Part shown: piece after piece, positions 1 through 12,945 of the stretch
Position numbering within the stretch: position 1 is the stretch's first letter
Layout: every line of letters starts with the position of its first letter
Assembly: GCA_030390025.1 (NCBI GenBank)
Contig: JASTWF010000070.1
Location: forward strand, 620,001 to 684,000
DNA from: Squalus acanthias
Taxonomy: Eukaryota
Length of the DNA stretch: 64,000 nucleotides
Reading direction: 5' to 3'
Translations under genes and position numbers: made by a program
Notes under the pieces: generated by a model
Told to the model about the DNA's origin: nothing
The model's database searches: none
Seen by the model: only the letters and a program-made list of their open reading frames with translations

Positions 1-61
1 TGAACCGCGGAGACTGGATTCGATATTGGGGACTGATTGAGAACGGGAGCCGCCAGGACAC
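1..61 (-). CDS. Ig light chain (sigma-cart/type I) copy 1, 5' part of V exon (truncated by window edge)
   Basis: AG acceptor at 62-63. Reads (G)VLAAPVLNQSPISNPVSAV.., nearly identical to the V starts at 46989 and 59611. Confidence 0.85.
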   Translation of the reverse strand, partial: MSWRLPFSISPQYRIQSPRF

Positions 62-213
62 CTTCAATAAAAGAAAAAAATCAACCCATTCAGAGACTTG
101 GAACAAATAGGATATTAATGCTTCAATAAACATCGATAGAAAACCGCCCGATTCTCGGTATTGAACCGATTTAGTTGCGGATAAACCCGTGACTAAAACC
201 ATCCGTCTCTCAC

Positions 214-262
214 CTGCTAAATGGATCAGCAGAGCCCACAGGAGATGCATCGCTGGAGCCAT
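214..262 (-). CDS. IgL copy 1 leader exon
   Basis: ATG at 262, MAPAMHLLWALLIHLA+G, GTGAGA donor, phase 1, 49 bp. Confidence 0.9.
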
Positions 263-378
263 TTCCTCCGGAGAAGCGCCAACAGCAACCGCCCAAATTT
301 CCGACTGAACCGTGCGCTGTTCCTGTAAATTCCGGGACCCGGTCCGGTTACAATGTCTGCAAACCCGAGACTCCGGGT

Positions 379-402
379 CTATTTATTACCCGGTATGCAA
401 AT
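379..402 (-). promoter_or_regulatory. IgL copy 1 promoter: octamer ATTTGCAT (395-402) plus TATA-like TAATAAATAG
   Basis: ATGCAAAT on + is ATTTGCAT on the gene strand, the canonical light-chain orientation. It lies ~135 bp upstream of the ATG and is conserved in all three copies. Confidence 0.85.
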
Positions 403-1719
403 GGCTGGGAGGGGCCAGGAAAAGGAAGGAGGCAGATTTTTAATTCGGGATTTTTAAAATCTATTTGGGGCTGATTAAATTATTAAAATCTTAAACGTTT
501 AATACACAAATGTTTAATCTCCAATTGGCCGTTCTGTTCAATGAATGTTCCAAGATTCCGAAGATTTTTGCGTTTAATGAATATTAAGTCTGTGTTCTAA
601 CCCAGAAAAATGAGGGGCGGTTGTAGAGATACGGATCAGCTGATGCACTTCAGCCGGAATCGTTCTAATAACGCGCTGTTACTCTCTGATATACTGCAAC
701 AGATTTTAAAATAATCTTTTCCCCCTAAAATTCATATTTCATAATAGACTAACGGCCCTTTCTCAAATCAGCAGCAAGACAACCCTGGATTTGTAAATCC
801 CTTTAAAATTGGGGTTTCGATTGACAAATATGATTTGGGCTTCAGTCTGTAAATACATTTCTGATGAGAATATTCCTGAGGCGGAGTGAAGAGCGAATTA
901 GATGAATGAGAAAGAGGGGAAGAAAGCGGCATTTTACACACTGCCCCCGATTAACGAGAAGTTGTTCAATTATACTCTGAGTCATCCCCTTTAAAACTCA
1001 GGAGGACAAATAAAACTCGGCACAATATTAATAAAATTACACCTTGCCTTTAATTTGCTGCGGGTCCGATTAATGCGCGCAGTTCCCGTTTTTAACCCTG
1101 TTCCAGTTGAATTATTAAGCGGCGGGGTCAGTTGTTTCTGGGGCTCTGTGATGTTGAACATTTCCCCTGTTTGGAGTCAATCCCTAACTCCCCACACTGA
1201 GTCTTGGTTAATGTTTTTAAAAATCAGATTGAAACTGGTTAGTGTCAGTTACTTAAAGGCGAAAGAACAACACAGCACATTATTAATAAATGGGTTGTCT
1301 CGAGATATTTGAGTCAAAGGATTCATATTTTTTGTTTAATAAATATTTGAATTGTGTAACTGTGAAGTTAGATATTCCCCTGTTCCTTAGTAAAACACAC
1401 AGAGGGGCCGGAGGGATTCTCGCCTCCTGGAGTAGCCGGCACTGAATTCGGGCAGCGATTGGTTCTCACCTGGACAAGGGGCTTTTCGGTGAACCCCAGG
1501 TGCTTGGTTCTGTTTCTGCGCTTGAACTGATCACTGATTCCTCTGGTCTGTTAAAATTATTAAAGGGGCTTTGGCGCTGTGACTGGAGCTGCTCTCTCAA
1601 CCTTGCACAGGTCCCAAGAGCTTTGTCACTGTTGACAGTGACACGGCTGACTGGAGAACCAATCATCGCAGAGCACGGGCCGCACCGCGCACTGCACCTT
1701 GGGAACTGTAGTTCCACAT

Positions 1720-3812
1720 AGACAGTAACACATTCCATTCTGACGCAAAAACACAAAAGGGAAAGCGGCCCAACCTTGGCTAACAAAAGAAATTTAGTAT
1801 AGTATTAGGACCAAAGAGGAATCATATCAAGTTGCCAGAAGAATTAGCAAGCCTGAGGATGGGGAACAGGTTAGAATTCAGCAAAAAAAGGACCAAGAGA
1901 TTGATTGAGAGGGGAAAAATAGAATATGAGAGGAAACTTTCAAGGAACATAAAAGCGGACTGTAAAAGCTTCTACAATTATGTAAAAAGAAAAAAGATTA
2001 GTGAAGACAAATATAGGTCCCTTACAGTCAGAAACGGCAGAAGTTATAATGGGGATCAAGGGAATGGCAGAGTAATTAAACAAATACTTTGGTTCTGTCT
2101 TCATGGAAGAGGAAACAAATAACTTCCCAGAAATGGTAGGGAACCAAGGGTCCATTGAGAAGGGGGAATTAAAGGAAATTAGTATTCGTAAAAAACTAAT
2201 GCTGGAGAAATTAATGGGACTGAAAGCTGATAAATCCCCAGGGCCTGATACTCTGTATCCCAGAGTACTAAAAGAGCTAGCCATGGAATTAGTGGATGCA
2301 TTGGTTGTTATCTTACAAAATTCTATAGATTATAGAACAGTTCCTGCAGATTGGAGGGTGGCAAATGTAACCCCACTACTTAAAAAAGGAGCGAGAGTGA
2401 AAACAGGCAACTGCAGACCAGTTCGCCGAACATCAGTAGTAGGGAAAATGCCAGAGTCTATTATTAAGGAAGTGATTACAGGACACTTAGAAAATATCAA
2501 CGGGATTAGACAAAGTCGACATGGATTTATGAAAGGGAAATCGTGTTTGACAAACCTACTGGAGTTTTTGAGGATGTAACTGGTAGAATAGCTAAGGGAG
2601 AACCAGCGGAAGTGGTGTATTTGGATTTTCAGAAGGTCTTTGATAAAGTCCCACTTAAGAGGTTAATGTGCAAAATTAAAGCACATGAGATTTGGGATAA
2701 TATACAGGCATGGATTGTAAATTGTTTAAGAAACAGGAAACAGAGAGTAGGAATAAATGGGTCTTTTTCGGGGTGGCAGGTGGTGACTAGTGGGGTACCG
2801 CACGGATCAGTGCTTGGGCCCCAGCTATTCACAATATATATCAGTGATTTGGATGAGGGAACCAAATTAATATTTCCAAGTTTGCTGACGACACGAACTA
2901 GGTGGGGCTGTGAGTTGTGAGGTGAATGCAAAGAGGCTTCAAGGCGATTTAGACAAGTTGAGTGAGTGGGCAAATACATGGCAGGTGCAGTATAACGTGG
3001 ATAAATGTGAAGTTATCCACTTCGGCAGGAAAAACAGAAAGGCAGAGTATTATTTAAATGGTGATAGATTGGGAAATGTTGATGTACAGAGGGACTTGGG
3101 TGTCCTTGTACACCAGCCACTGAAAGCAAACATGCAGGTTCAGCAAGCAGTTAGGAAGGCAAATAGTATGTTGGCCTTCATTGCAAGAGGATTTAATACA
3201 GGAGCAAGGATGTCTTTCTGCAGTTATAGAGGGCCTTGGTGAGACCATACCTGGAGTACTGTGTGCAGTTTTGGTCTTCTTGTCTAAGAAAGGATATATT
3301 TCCATAGAGGGAGTGCAGCGAAGGTTCACCAGACTGATTCCTGGGATGGCAGGACTGTCGTATGAGGAGAGATTGGGTTGACTAGGCCTGTATTAACTAG
3401 AGTTTAGAAGAATGAGTAGGGATCTCGGGGAAACGTATAAAATTCTGACAGGGCTAGACAGACTGAATGCAGGGAGGATGTTTCCCCTGGCTGGGGGGTC
3501 TAGAACGAGGGGTCACAGTCTCAGGATACGGGGTAGGACATTTAGGACTGAGATGAGGAGAAATTTCTTCACTCAGAGGGTAGTGAAGCTGTGGAATTCT
3601 CTACCACAGATGGCTGTGGAGGCCAAGTCACTGAATATATTTAAGAAGGAGATAGATAGATTTCTAGACACAAAAGGCATCAAGGGGTATGGGGAGAGAG
3701 CGGGAATATGGTAGATAGAGGATCAGCCATGATCATATTGAATGGCGGAGCAGGCTCGAAGGGCCGAATGGCCTACTCCTGCTACTATTTTTCTATGTTT
3801 CTATGTTTCTAT
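1720..3812 (+). mobile_element. 5'-truncated, frameshifted CR1-clade LINE (RT ORF2 fragments)
   Basis: ORF fragments [55 protein letters not shown]. Ends in a ..gcctactcctgct..(tctatgtt)n tail. Confidence 0.92.
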
Positions 3813-3859
3813 GGCCAATAGCCAAGTCAGCGCGTCTATTGACACCACTGTGTCAGATT

Positions 3860-4787
3860 TCGCTCACCACCACCTCTCTCGACCCATCCACTGTCTCTAA
3901 ATTGTCACACTGTTTGTCCAACATCCAGCACTGGATGAGCAGAAATTTACTCCAACTAAATATTGGGATGACCGAAGCATATGGATTTGGTCCCCGCCAG
4001 GAATTCCATTCCCTCGCCATGGACTCCATCCCTCTCCCTGGCAGAACCAGACTGTTCACAATCGTGTTGTCATATCTGACCCTAAGATGATCTTCCGACC
4101 ACATATCTGCACCATAACTAAGACTGCCTATTTCCACCTCCGTAAAATCGCTCATCTCCGCCCTTGCCTCAGCTCATCTCCTGCTGAAACCCTCATCCGT
4201 GCCTTTGTGACCTCTACACTTGAATATTCCAAATCACTTCTGGCCGGCCAACACTTTCTACACTCCGTAAACTTGAGGTCATCCAAAACGTGGCTGCCCG
4301 TCTCCTAATTCGCACCAACACCTGTTCAATGATCACCCTGTGCTCCCTGACCTACATTGGCTCCCATTTAAGCAACACCTCGATTTTAAATTTCTCATCC
4401 TTCTTTTCAAATTCCCCCATGGCCTCAGTATCCCTACGTCTGTAATTTCCTCCAGCCCCACAGCCCTCCGAGATATCTGTGCTCCTCTAATTCTGGCCTA
4501 TCGAAAATCCCCAATATAATCTCTCAACCAGTGCCGGCTGTGCTTTGAGCTGCCTGTGCTCTAAGCTCAGGAATTCCCTCCCTAAACCTCTCCACCTCCC
4601 GACCTCTCTCTAGTCCTCTAACACGCTCCTTCAAACCTACATCTTTGACCAAGCTTTTGCTTATCTGCCCTAATATATCGTTAGTTCTTATGTGGATTGG
4701 AGTCCATTTTTGTGACATACTCTTGCGAAGCACCTTGCGACATTTACTACTTTAAGAGCACTACGTAAGTAACAGTTGTTGTTGTTG
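3860..4787 (+). mobile_element. Old L2/CR1-like LINE 3' fragment
   Basis: Fragments WMSRNLLQLN, TAYFHLRKIAHLRP, ETLIRAFVTSTLEYS; ends in (TTG)n. Confidence 0.75.
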
Positions 4788-4973
4788 GAGTTGGGTCGTG
4801 ACTTAAGGCAGGACTCACAGCAAAAAGCCTATTTTACAGCAAACAAACTCTATTTGCTGAGCAAACAGAGTCTATTTAAACAGCGCAGTGCAGCAAACAG
4901 TCTGCAGAGTCTATTTAAAGTGAGCCTGTCCGAACTACAGCCAACAGAACTCATGACCCAAACTATAGCAACT

Positions 4974-5025
4974 CTCTTTCTCTCTCTCTGTCTCTCTCTC
5001 TCTCTCTCTCTTTCTCTTTCTCTCT
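4974..5025. repeat. (CT)n microsatellite
   Basis: Direct inspection. Confidence 0.9.
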
Positions 5026-5774
5026 GATAGCTCAGCGAACATGCGCAGGAAGTACAATGAGACACAGTTTACAATTTTGCTTTGATATTGTGATTCACAC
5101 ATATCTAAAAACTTCATCACGATTCCAGAAACAAAAATTGGGGAATAAGCATCATTCAATCAAGAATATTCGCGACAACAAATTTTTCAATTAAATGCAA
5201 GCAATGATTGCACACAAAACCATCATGAATTAATAGAAAGGTGTGGTTCGGCCCTCAGGTAATGAATGCTAACCATATCCATTGGATGTAAACCTCACCT
5301 TACAACCGTCAGTGATGCTAAACTAATGAATTCCAGAAGAAAAGATCTCGGGAATTTTCTCCTCAACTCCCTCACACCATCAAGCAAGCTCCAGCAGAAC
5401 ATGGTTACCAACAATTCCAGTCATGCTTAAAATATTTTCGAATTACTGCAATGTGTCATTGCTGGATATTTCTCAAATTGTGGAATAGAATAGATTTCTG
5501 CAACACTTTCTATTGCACAAGGTGCACGTTGTCTTTAAACACACGTGTACAGATACCGATAGGCATTCATTTATTGTGGATTGCATTTTATTCACAAGAA
5601 CAATTTTTAGAAAACTTCTCCCAGGTATTATCGGAGGGGTTCACGCCTTCCCAAGTATGGCCAGGTGTTGTTCGATTCAGTAGTGGATCTTCTGTCCTCA
5701 AATGACATTGTGGTTGATATCTCTGTTCGGAGAGCGATCAATTCAACAGTTACAGAATATAACTACCTTCCCTG

Positions 5775-6160
5775 TTCGCCTCTGAGTCAGAAGGTAGTGG
5801 GTTCAAGTCCCACTCCAGAGGTTTGAGCACATAATCCAGGCTGATAACCCAGTGCCGGTACTGAGGGAGCGCCGCACTGTCGGAGGTGCCGCCTTTCGGA
5901 TGAGATGTTAAACCGAGGCCCCGTCTGCTTTCTCGTGTGGCCGTAAAATATGCCACGGCACTATTTCGAAGAAGAGCTGGGGTTCACCTGGTAAATATTT
6001 ATCCCTCAACCAATATCACTGAAACAGATTATCTGGAAACTAAAACGTTGCTGTTTGGGAGCTTGCTGTGCGCAATATGGCTGCAGCTTTTCCTACATTA
6101 CGACAGTGACTACACTTTAAAAGTATTGCCTTGTCTCTAAACGTTTTGGGACATCCTGAA
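5775..6160 (+). mobile_element. tRNA-derived shark SINE (Deu-domain/SacSINE-like)
   Basis: Head tcgcctctgagtcagaaggt..ggttcaagtcccactccagag, then cagtactgagggagcgccgcactgtcggagg and a Deu-like core gggagcttgctgtgcgcaa. Recurs at 8755, 18690, 36958, 49598. Confidence 0.75.
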
Positions 6161-6684
6161 ATCTGGACTGGGAGTTGGACCCACAAACTTCCAAGTCAAG
6201 AGGCGAGAGTGCTAGCAACTGCACCACTGCTAACACCTGAACATGCAGTGGTTTACTTATCCTACTTCAGTGTGAATCACGACTGTACTGTGGGGAAGAA
6301 CACGGTTCCCCAACCTTTTATTTCAGAAATATAACGGGCGTGAACAAAACCTCTCAAGAAATAAGCAAAATTAATATCCCGTTAATCAATCAGTCCCGCT
6401 AACTTAATTAGCCTAAGGTAAGTTGGTCAAAATGCAAAGTACTCCGAATGGTGGGGCTTGGTTTTAATATACACTGAATGGAAACTCGCGACACAGCGCC
6501 CCTAGCGACCAACATAAATATCTACTAAAATCAAGAAATTATTTGAGGGACTTAATGGCCTATCAGGTGGCAGGATGTTTGGACACATATTTATCATACC
6601 CAGCATCTCGCTGGGATAAATTCTCTTCTCATTCCTAAAAATCATGACAGAATCTAATTACAAAATAACAATTCATCAATTTCA

Positions 6685-7140
6685 GTGATGAGGGACTTCA
6701 GTTCCATGGATAGACTGGAGAAGCTGGGCTTGTTCTCCTTAGAGCAGAGAAAGTTGAGAGGAGATTTGATAGAGGTGTTCGAAATCGTGAGGGGTTTAGA
6801 CAGAGTACATAGAGAGAAACTGTTCCCATTGGCAGAAGGGCCGAGAACCAGAGGACACGGATTTAAGGTGATTGGCAAAAAACAGAGGCGACATGAGGAA
6901 AAACCTCTTTACGCAGCGAGTGGTTAGGATCTGGAATGCAATGCCTGAAAGGGTGGTGGAGGCAGACCCAATCGTGGCTTTCAAAGGGGAATTGGAAAAG
7001 TATCTGAAGGAAAGAAATTTGCAGGGCTATGGGGAAAGGGCGCGGGGAGTGGGACTAGCAGAAGTGCTCTTGTGGAGAGCCGGCACGGGCTCGACGGGCC
7101 GAATGGCCACCTTCTGTGCTGTAACCATTCTATGATTTTA
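6685..7140 (+). mobile_element. CR1-type LINE 3' fragment
   Basis: RLEKLGLFSLEQRKLRGDLIEVF..FTQRVVRIWN and 3' tail. Confidence 0.85.
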
Positions 7141-7879
7141 GACTTCTAGTGCATTGTTCTATTTTAGGAAAACTTTTATTAATTTGCTTGCGGGAAATTT
7201 CCAAAAAACTGGTCACTAACTTGCTACAGTGGCACCAGTCAAGGCAAAAAGTGCAGAAAAATGCGAGACCTCAAAGTCCTCGTTGTTTAAAGTTAGTTGC
7301 ACACCGCCATCGTACTGATACACTGGATTATCTTTAGAATACGCTAAACGGTGTTTGAAAAAGCAATACATTCTACGTAAATCCTGGCGAGTACACAGAG
7401 ATAGTAACATAGGAACAGGACGAGGCCATTCAGCTCCTCCAGCCTGTTCCGCCATTCAATGAGATCACGGCTGATCTGTATCTTAACTCCATCTACCCGC
7501 CCTGGTTCCGTAACCCTTAATACCCTTAAGCAACAAAAATCTATCAATCTCAGAGTTGAAATTATCAATTGAGCCCCAACCTCATGGCTTTTGCAGGGAG
7601 AGAGTTCCAGATTTCCACGGCACTTTGTGTGAAGAAGTGCCTCCTGCCATCACCCCTGAACGGTCTGTCTCTAATTTTAAGGTCAGGATCCTGTTCTGGA
7701 CTCCCCCCACCAGAGGAAATATTTTTTCTCTATCCAAAGGAGAGACGTCTGAGTCAGACAGTGGTGGGATCAAGTTTCGCTCCAGAGACTTGAGCACACA
7801 AATCTAGGCGGACAATCCCAGTGCAGTATTGAGGGAGCGCTGCACTGTCAGATCTGCCGACTTTCAGATCAACCACTAA

Positions 7880-8445
7880 ACTGTGCACAATTTTGGTCTG
7901 CTGTGCTAAGTTTTGGTCTCCTTGTCTAAGGAAGGATATACTGGCCTTGGAAGCGGTGCAACGAAGGTTCACTAGATTGATTCCTGGGATGAGAGGGCAG
8001 TCCTATGATGAGAGATTGTGTAGAATGGGCCTATACTCTCTGGAGTTTAGATGAATGAGAGGGGATCTCATTGAAACATACAAGATTCTGAAGTGGATTA
8101 ACAGGGTAGATGCTGAGAGTTTCCCCTGGCTAGAGTGTTAAGAACTAGGGGGCATAGTCCCAGGATAAGGGGTCGGCCATTTAAGACCGAGATGAGGAGG
8201 AATTTCTTCACTCAGAGGGTTGTGAATCTTTGGAATTCTCTACCCCAGAGGGCTGTGGATGATCAGTCTTTGGGTATATTCAAGGCTGAGATAGATATAT
8301 TTTTGGACTCTAGGAGAATCAAAGGATATGGTTGACGTCGGGAAAGTAGAGTTGAGGTCGATGATCAGACATGATCTTATTGAATGGAGGAGCAGGCTCG
8401 AGGAGCCGTATGGCCGACGCCTGCTCTATTTCTTATGTTCATATG
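7880..8445 (+). mobile_element. CR1-type LINE 3' fragment, nested among other LINE/SINE pieces spanning 7400-9200
   Basis: RTRGHSPRIRGRPFKTEMRRNFFTQRVVNLWNSLP and tail. Confidence 0.85.
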
Positions 8446-9339
8446 AGGCCCAGGAGGAGGCCAATCAATGAGATCACGGCTGATCTGTACCTTAACTCCA
8501 TCTACCCGCCCTGGTTCCTTAACCCTTAATACCCTTACCCAACAAAAATCTATCAATCTCAGTTTTGAAATTTTCAATTCATCCCCAGCCTCAACGCTTT
8601 TTGGGAGAGAGAGTTCCAGATTTCCAATGACCATTGTGTGAAGAGCTGCTTCCTGATATCACCCCTGAACGGCCTGGCTCTAATTTTAAGGTTATGCCCC
8701 CTTTTTCTGGACTCCTCCCACCAGAGGAATGTTTTTCTCTCTATTTAAAGGAGTTGGTAGCACCTTCGCCTTTGAGTCAGAAGTTTGTGTACTCAAGTCT
8801 CATTCTGGAGACTTGAGCACAAAAATCTAGGCCGACGCTTCCAGTGCAGTATTGAGGGAGCGCTGCACTGTCAGAGCTGCCGTCTTTCAGATGAGGCATT
8901 AAACTGAGGCCCTGTCTGTCCTCTCAAGTTGACTTAAAAGATGCAATGGCAATATTTCAAGGAAACGCAGGGGAGTTCACCCTGGTGTCCTGGCCAATAG
9001 TTATCCCTCAAACAGCATCACTAGAAAACAAATGATCTGGTCATTATCACATTGGTCTTTGTGGGAGCTTGCTGTGTGCAAATTGGCCTCTGCGTTTCCT
9101 ACACTACATCAGTGACCTCACCTCAGAAAATACATCATTGGTGTAAAGCGCATTGGGAAGTCCGGTGGTGGTGAAAGGCGCTATAGAAATGCAAGTCTCT
9201 CTATTTTCTATCAACTTTAATCATCTTAAGCTCCTTAGTTTGAGATTGTTTAGGAGTTTGTTGAGAGTCTCTGTGGCTTTACATTGCAAGTTAAGTTACA
9301 GTTTCCACCTGCTGTGGATTCTTTCGTAAATCTGATAGA

Positions 9340-11350
9340 ACCCATTCGAGTTCGCGTCTCTTTCCCGCCTTCTTTTTTGATGATATTTTCAGTGCAGCAA
9401 AATCCAACGATGTGTCGAGTCTTGTCACGCGGGCCGCCCCGAGCCTGGAAAACATGTTAAAACAGGGAAATATATTGATATTTAAATCATGTTTATATCA
9501 GCTTACTCGTTCTCCATAAGACACGGGACTGGCTTCCTGTTTATAGGCAACAGTAGACGGATATTACTCATAAATAATCTCAAATTAGAAACCAACAAGA
9601 TTATTTTTTAAATCAAAGTATCCATTCAGACAACTGCACAGTTTGATTGGTTGACACGTCGAACCAATCCAATCAGCCGTTTCGTCATGCGCCATCTGCT
9701 AGGAGAAGTGTTTCCAGGGTCAAGCGGCATAGTTCCGAATAATGGCCCCAGGTCATTGTTTTAAGAGAATGGATACCGCTGCTATGGCGTCCCTACCGGC
9801 AAGCGAAGAGTCTGCCTGGGACCTCAATGAAAAAACTGTTTGCCTGTTAGGAGGGCCGAGCTCGCTGCTTAGTGGTGTAGACAGATAGCAGCAGCGTCTC
9901 GTTATAGCACACAGAAAAGTACAGATACAAAAACACATGCACACACACATACACACTTACATACACAAAAACACATGCACGCACTTACATACACACATAC
10001 TTACAAACACATACACACAAATACATACACACATAAACATACGCCTAGAAGGACAAGGGCAGCAGGCGCATGGAAACACCATCACCTCCAAGTTCCCCTC
10101 CAAGTCACGCATCATCCTGACTTGGAAATATATCGGCCGTTCCTTCATCGTCGTTGGGTAAAAATCCTGGAACTCCCTCCCTAACAGCACCGTGGGAGCA
10201 CCTTCACCACACGGGACAGCCGCGGTTCAAGAAGGCGGCTCACCACCACCTTCTCAAGGGCAACTAGGGATGGACAATAAATGCTGGCCTTGCCAGCGAT
10301 GCCCACATCCCGTGAATAAAGATAAATACATTCACACACACACACACACATATACACATCGGCACATATACACACACATATATACACACAGACAGACACA
10401 CACACACAGACACGCACAAATATAAACACAGACTCACCCACATATAAACACAGCCATACACACGCACATAAATGCATTCTTAAGCCTTGTATATCGACTT
10501 AGCATGTAAGCCATTTAGCAACATAGTTTGAGTTATCTTCACAATTATCCAGGAATGTCGTCGCATTTCTGCATCTCTATAATAATTGCTGTGGCCAAAG
10601 TATTAAAATCAGTCACCCCACCGGGGCGGGAGTGGGGGCGACCTCGACTCCCTGTAAAAATAATAAATCTGTTATCTGAAATACAAACTAAAACTGCTGG
10701 AATGACACTGCGGATGAGTATCTGTCGAGGGCATTATGCCCGAAACATTAACTGATCATTCCTGTCAGTAGATACCACTGCAGTTGATGGATTCGCTCTA
10801 TTTCCATTCTGAGCGATAATGGGGATTGGATGGAAATTAAGATGCTCTCTGTTCACGGGGCGAAACATTCCATTGAAGCTAAAACTGTACGCGAGCAAAA
10901 TATGAAACAAGCATTAATTCTGGTAAATCCTTGGTCACGTGCCATAAATAGATTTGTGGGATGGACTTTGAATCAATCTTAAAAGAACGTGGAAAATATA
11001 CCATTGAAGTCGGAGTTGGGGGTTGACTGATTTTGGCACAGTGTTAAATACTGTTACTGATGAAAAATGATTCAGTTACTTACTTTTCCTTGTGGGTCTC
11101 TTGACTCGTTCTTCTGAAACAATTAACTGTAATTCGCATTGAAAGCTGCGAGAAGGGAATCACATTAAACAAACATTTATTAAAATAGTCCCGATCAACA
11201 TCAATTCTCTTCTGATCTGCCGCTGTTATAATTCCAAAATGGAAATGAGGATCAATACTCGAACCAGGATCACCGTGACAGTTATTGCAATGGGAAGGGT
11301 CGGTATGCACCACCCTACAGAGAGAAACACTTAGAAAATGCTGCTGGGTC
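9340..11350 (-). pseudogene. Inverted decayed copy of the 3' half of receptor gene A (TM exon 11314-11212, cytoplasmic exon 11113-11084, ITIM exon ~9438-9340)
   Basis: The reverse complement aligns with 17010-17500, 18200-18510, 23570-23640 and 24880-25030. The TM exon has a +1 frameshift and donor GT->AA. The ITIM exon has acceptor AG->GG, a 2-bp deletion and Tyr TAC->GAC. Confidence 0.8.
9930..10470. repeat. CA-rich low-complexity tract interrupted by a LINE 3' fragment (~10042-10320)
   Basis: Direct inspection. The interrupting element recurs at 13160-13555. Confidence 0.75.
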
Positions 11351-11689
11351 AAGCCATTATTTTCTGGGGTTCTCTGATGAGAAACTTCACCCAGTCACAA
11401 TGGGGGAGCATCAAACCCGGGGTGTGAAAGGAGAAACCAGCCATTGCGATTAATATTGGACGAATAAAAACACATAATGGAATATATTGTGCTATGTTTG
11501 GTGTTTGGGACAAGTTGAAAGACAGGACTCAACAAATATAATTCAGCCAAGAGATGCACTTACAGCGGAGAGTTGCTATCAACAGTATATTACGCGTAAA
11601 CTGCTAGGCTCCATGTAAACACCCTGACAAAATTGTGTTTCAAAAATTAACAAATGAAGTAATTAGCATTAACATGTCAGACTTAGACG

Positions 11690-11930
11690 TCTCTCTCTAT
11701 CTAGCTGTCTCCTTACCTATCTATCTATCTTTATCTTTCTATCTCTAACTCTATCTATATGTATCACCATCTCTATCTCTGTCTCTAATTCAATCTCTAT
11801 CTCCACTTCATCTCTATCTTTATATCTGTCTCAATCTCAATCGCTATCTCCAGGCCTTTATCTCCATCTATCACTATCTCTACATCTCGCTATTTTCATG
11901 ATCTCTGTCTACATCTCTATCGCTATATCT
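11690..11930. repeat. TCTA/TCTC-rich simple repeat
   Basis: Direct inspection. Confidence 0.8.
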
Positions 11931-12705
11931 TACCTCGAAGAGTTTGCAATAACCCAATCTTTGTGAAGCCTCATAAACAGAGCGTGATGTTGCAGCCAAT
12001 TGGTGATCTCAACAATACAAACTGATTCAAATGAAAATAGCTCTCTTGAGCAAACTGAGCGGGGTTATAGTTTTACAACAGGAAAATTAAAGAAAGCGGG
12101 TGTAGTTGGGCCTCCTCCCATGCCAGTAGTCCCACACTATCGATCAAGTCGAAGCATTTCCGAGCATTAACTCATTTCTGATCAGAAAATCAGTAAACTT
12201 ATTTTTTATGACAAACTTAAAATTAAGAAATCCAACTGGGAATTCAGGAGAAACTTCTTTACCCAGAGAGTGGTGAAAAGGTGGAACTCGCTACCACAGG
12301 GAGTGGTTGAGGCGAATAGTATGGATGGATTTAAGAGGAAGCTAGATAAGCACATGAGGGAGAAAGGAATAAAGGAATATGCTGATGGGGTGAGATGAAG
12401 AGGGGTGGGAGGAGGCTGGTGAGGAGCATAAACACCGGCACGGACCAGTTGGGCCGAATGGCCTGTGTCTGTGCTGCACATTCTGTGTAATTCTATGGAA
12501 GGCGCCTATGTCAACTGTTGCCATCTTCAGAAGAATGAAGCGGTATGGAAACTGGCAGATAAGAGAAAGTTACATCAATTTAAATTTTATGATGAATTTC
12601 TGGTAGAACTGGTTTTGAGTAGAGCAGACCACTTAGTACCTTACTGAATTTCTGAACAGTGATGCGGAAATGCCTGACCTCAACTGACAAAGAAGCGAGT
12701 CTGAC

Positions 12706-12945
12706 CTTGAAGCAGAGAGGGGGCAGCTCGTTGACAGCGAAGAGGCGCTTTGGCTGTGACCGCGCCTATCGCTCTGACTACCACAGATCACGCTGCTCGG
12801 GCCGCTTGCGAAGAGATGTGCAAAGTGCAGCGAGTTGTGGAAACGGCTGGCCGAGATTGTGACTTGAGCTGGAAAATAATGGCCGAGCTAGAAGCTCTCT
12901 GTGGTTTTCCTGTTTCTGCAGATTAGCCGCCCACACACAGAAAGG
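12706..12945 (-). pseudogene. Decayed leader exon (12750-12706, ATG->AAG) and promoter of a gene-B-type receptor
   Basis: ccaAAGCGCCTCTTC..CTCTGCTTCAAG|GTCAGACT aligns with gene B leader acaATGAGCTTCTTA..CTCTTTCCAG|GTCAGTCT. 12795-12945 aligns with 36320-36465. Confidence 0.6.
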
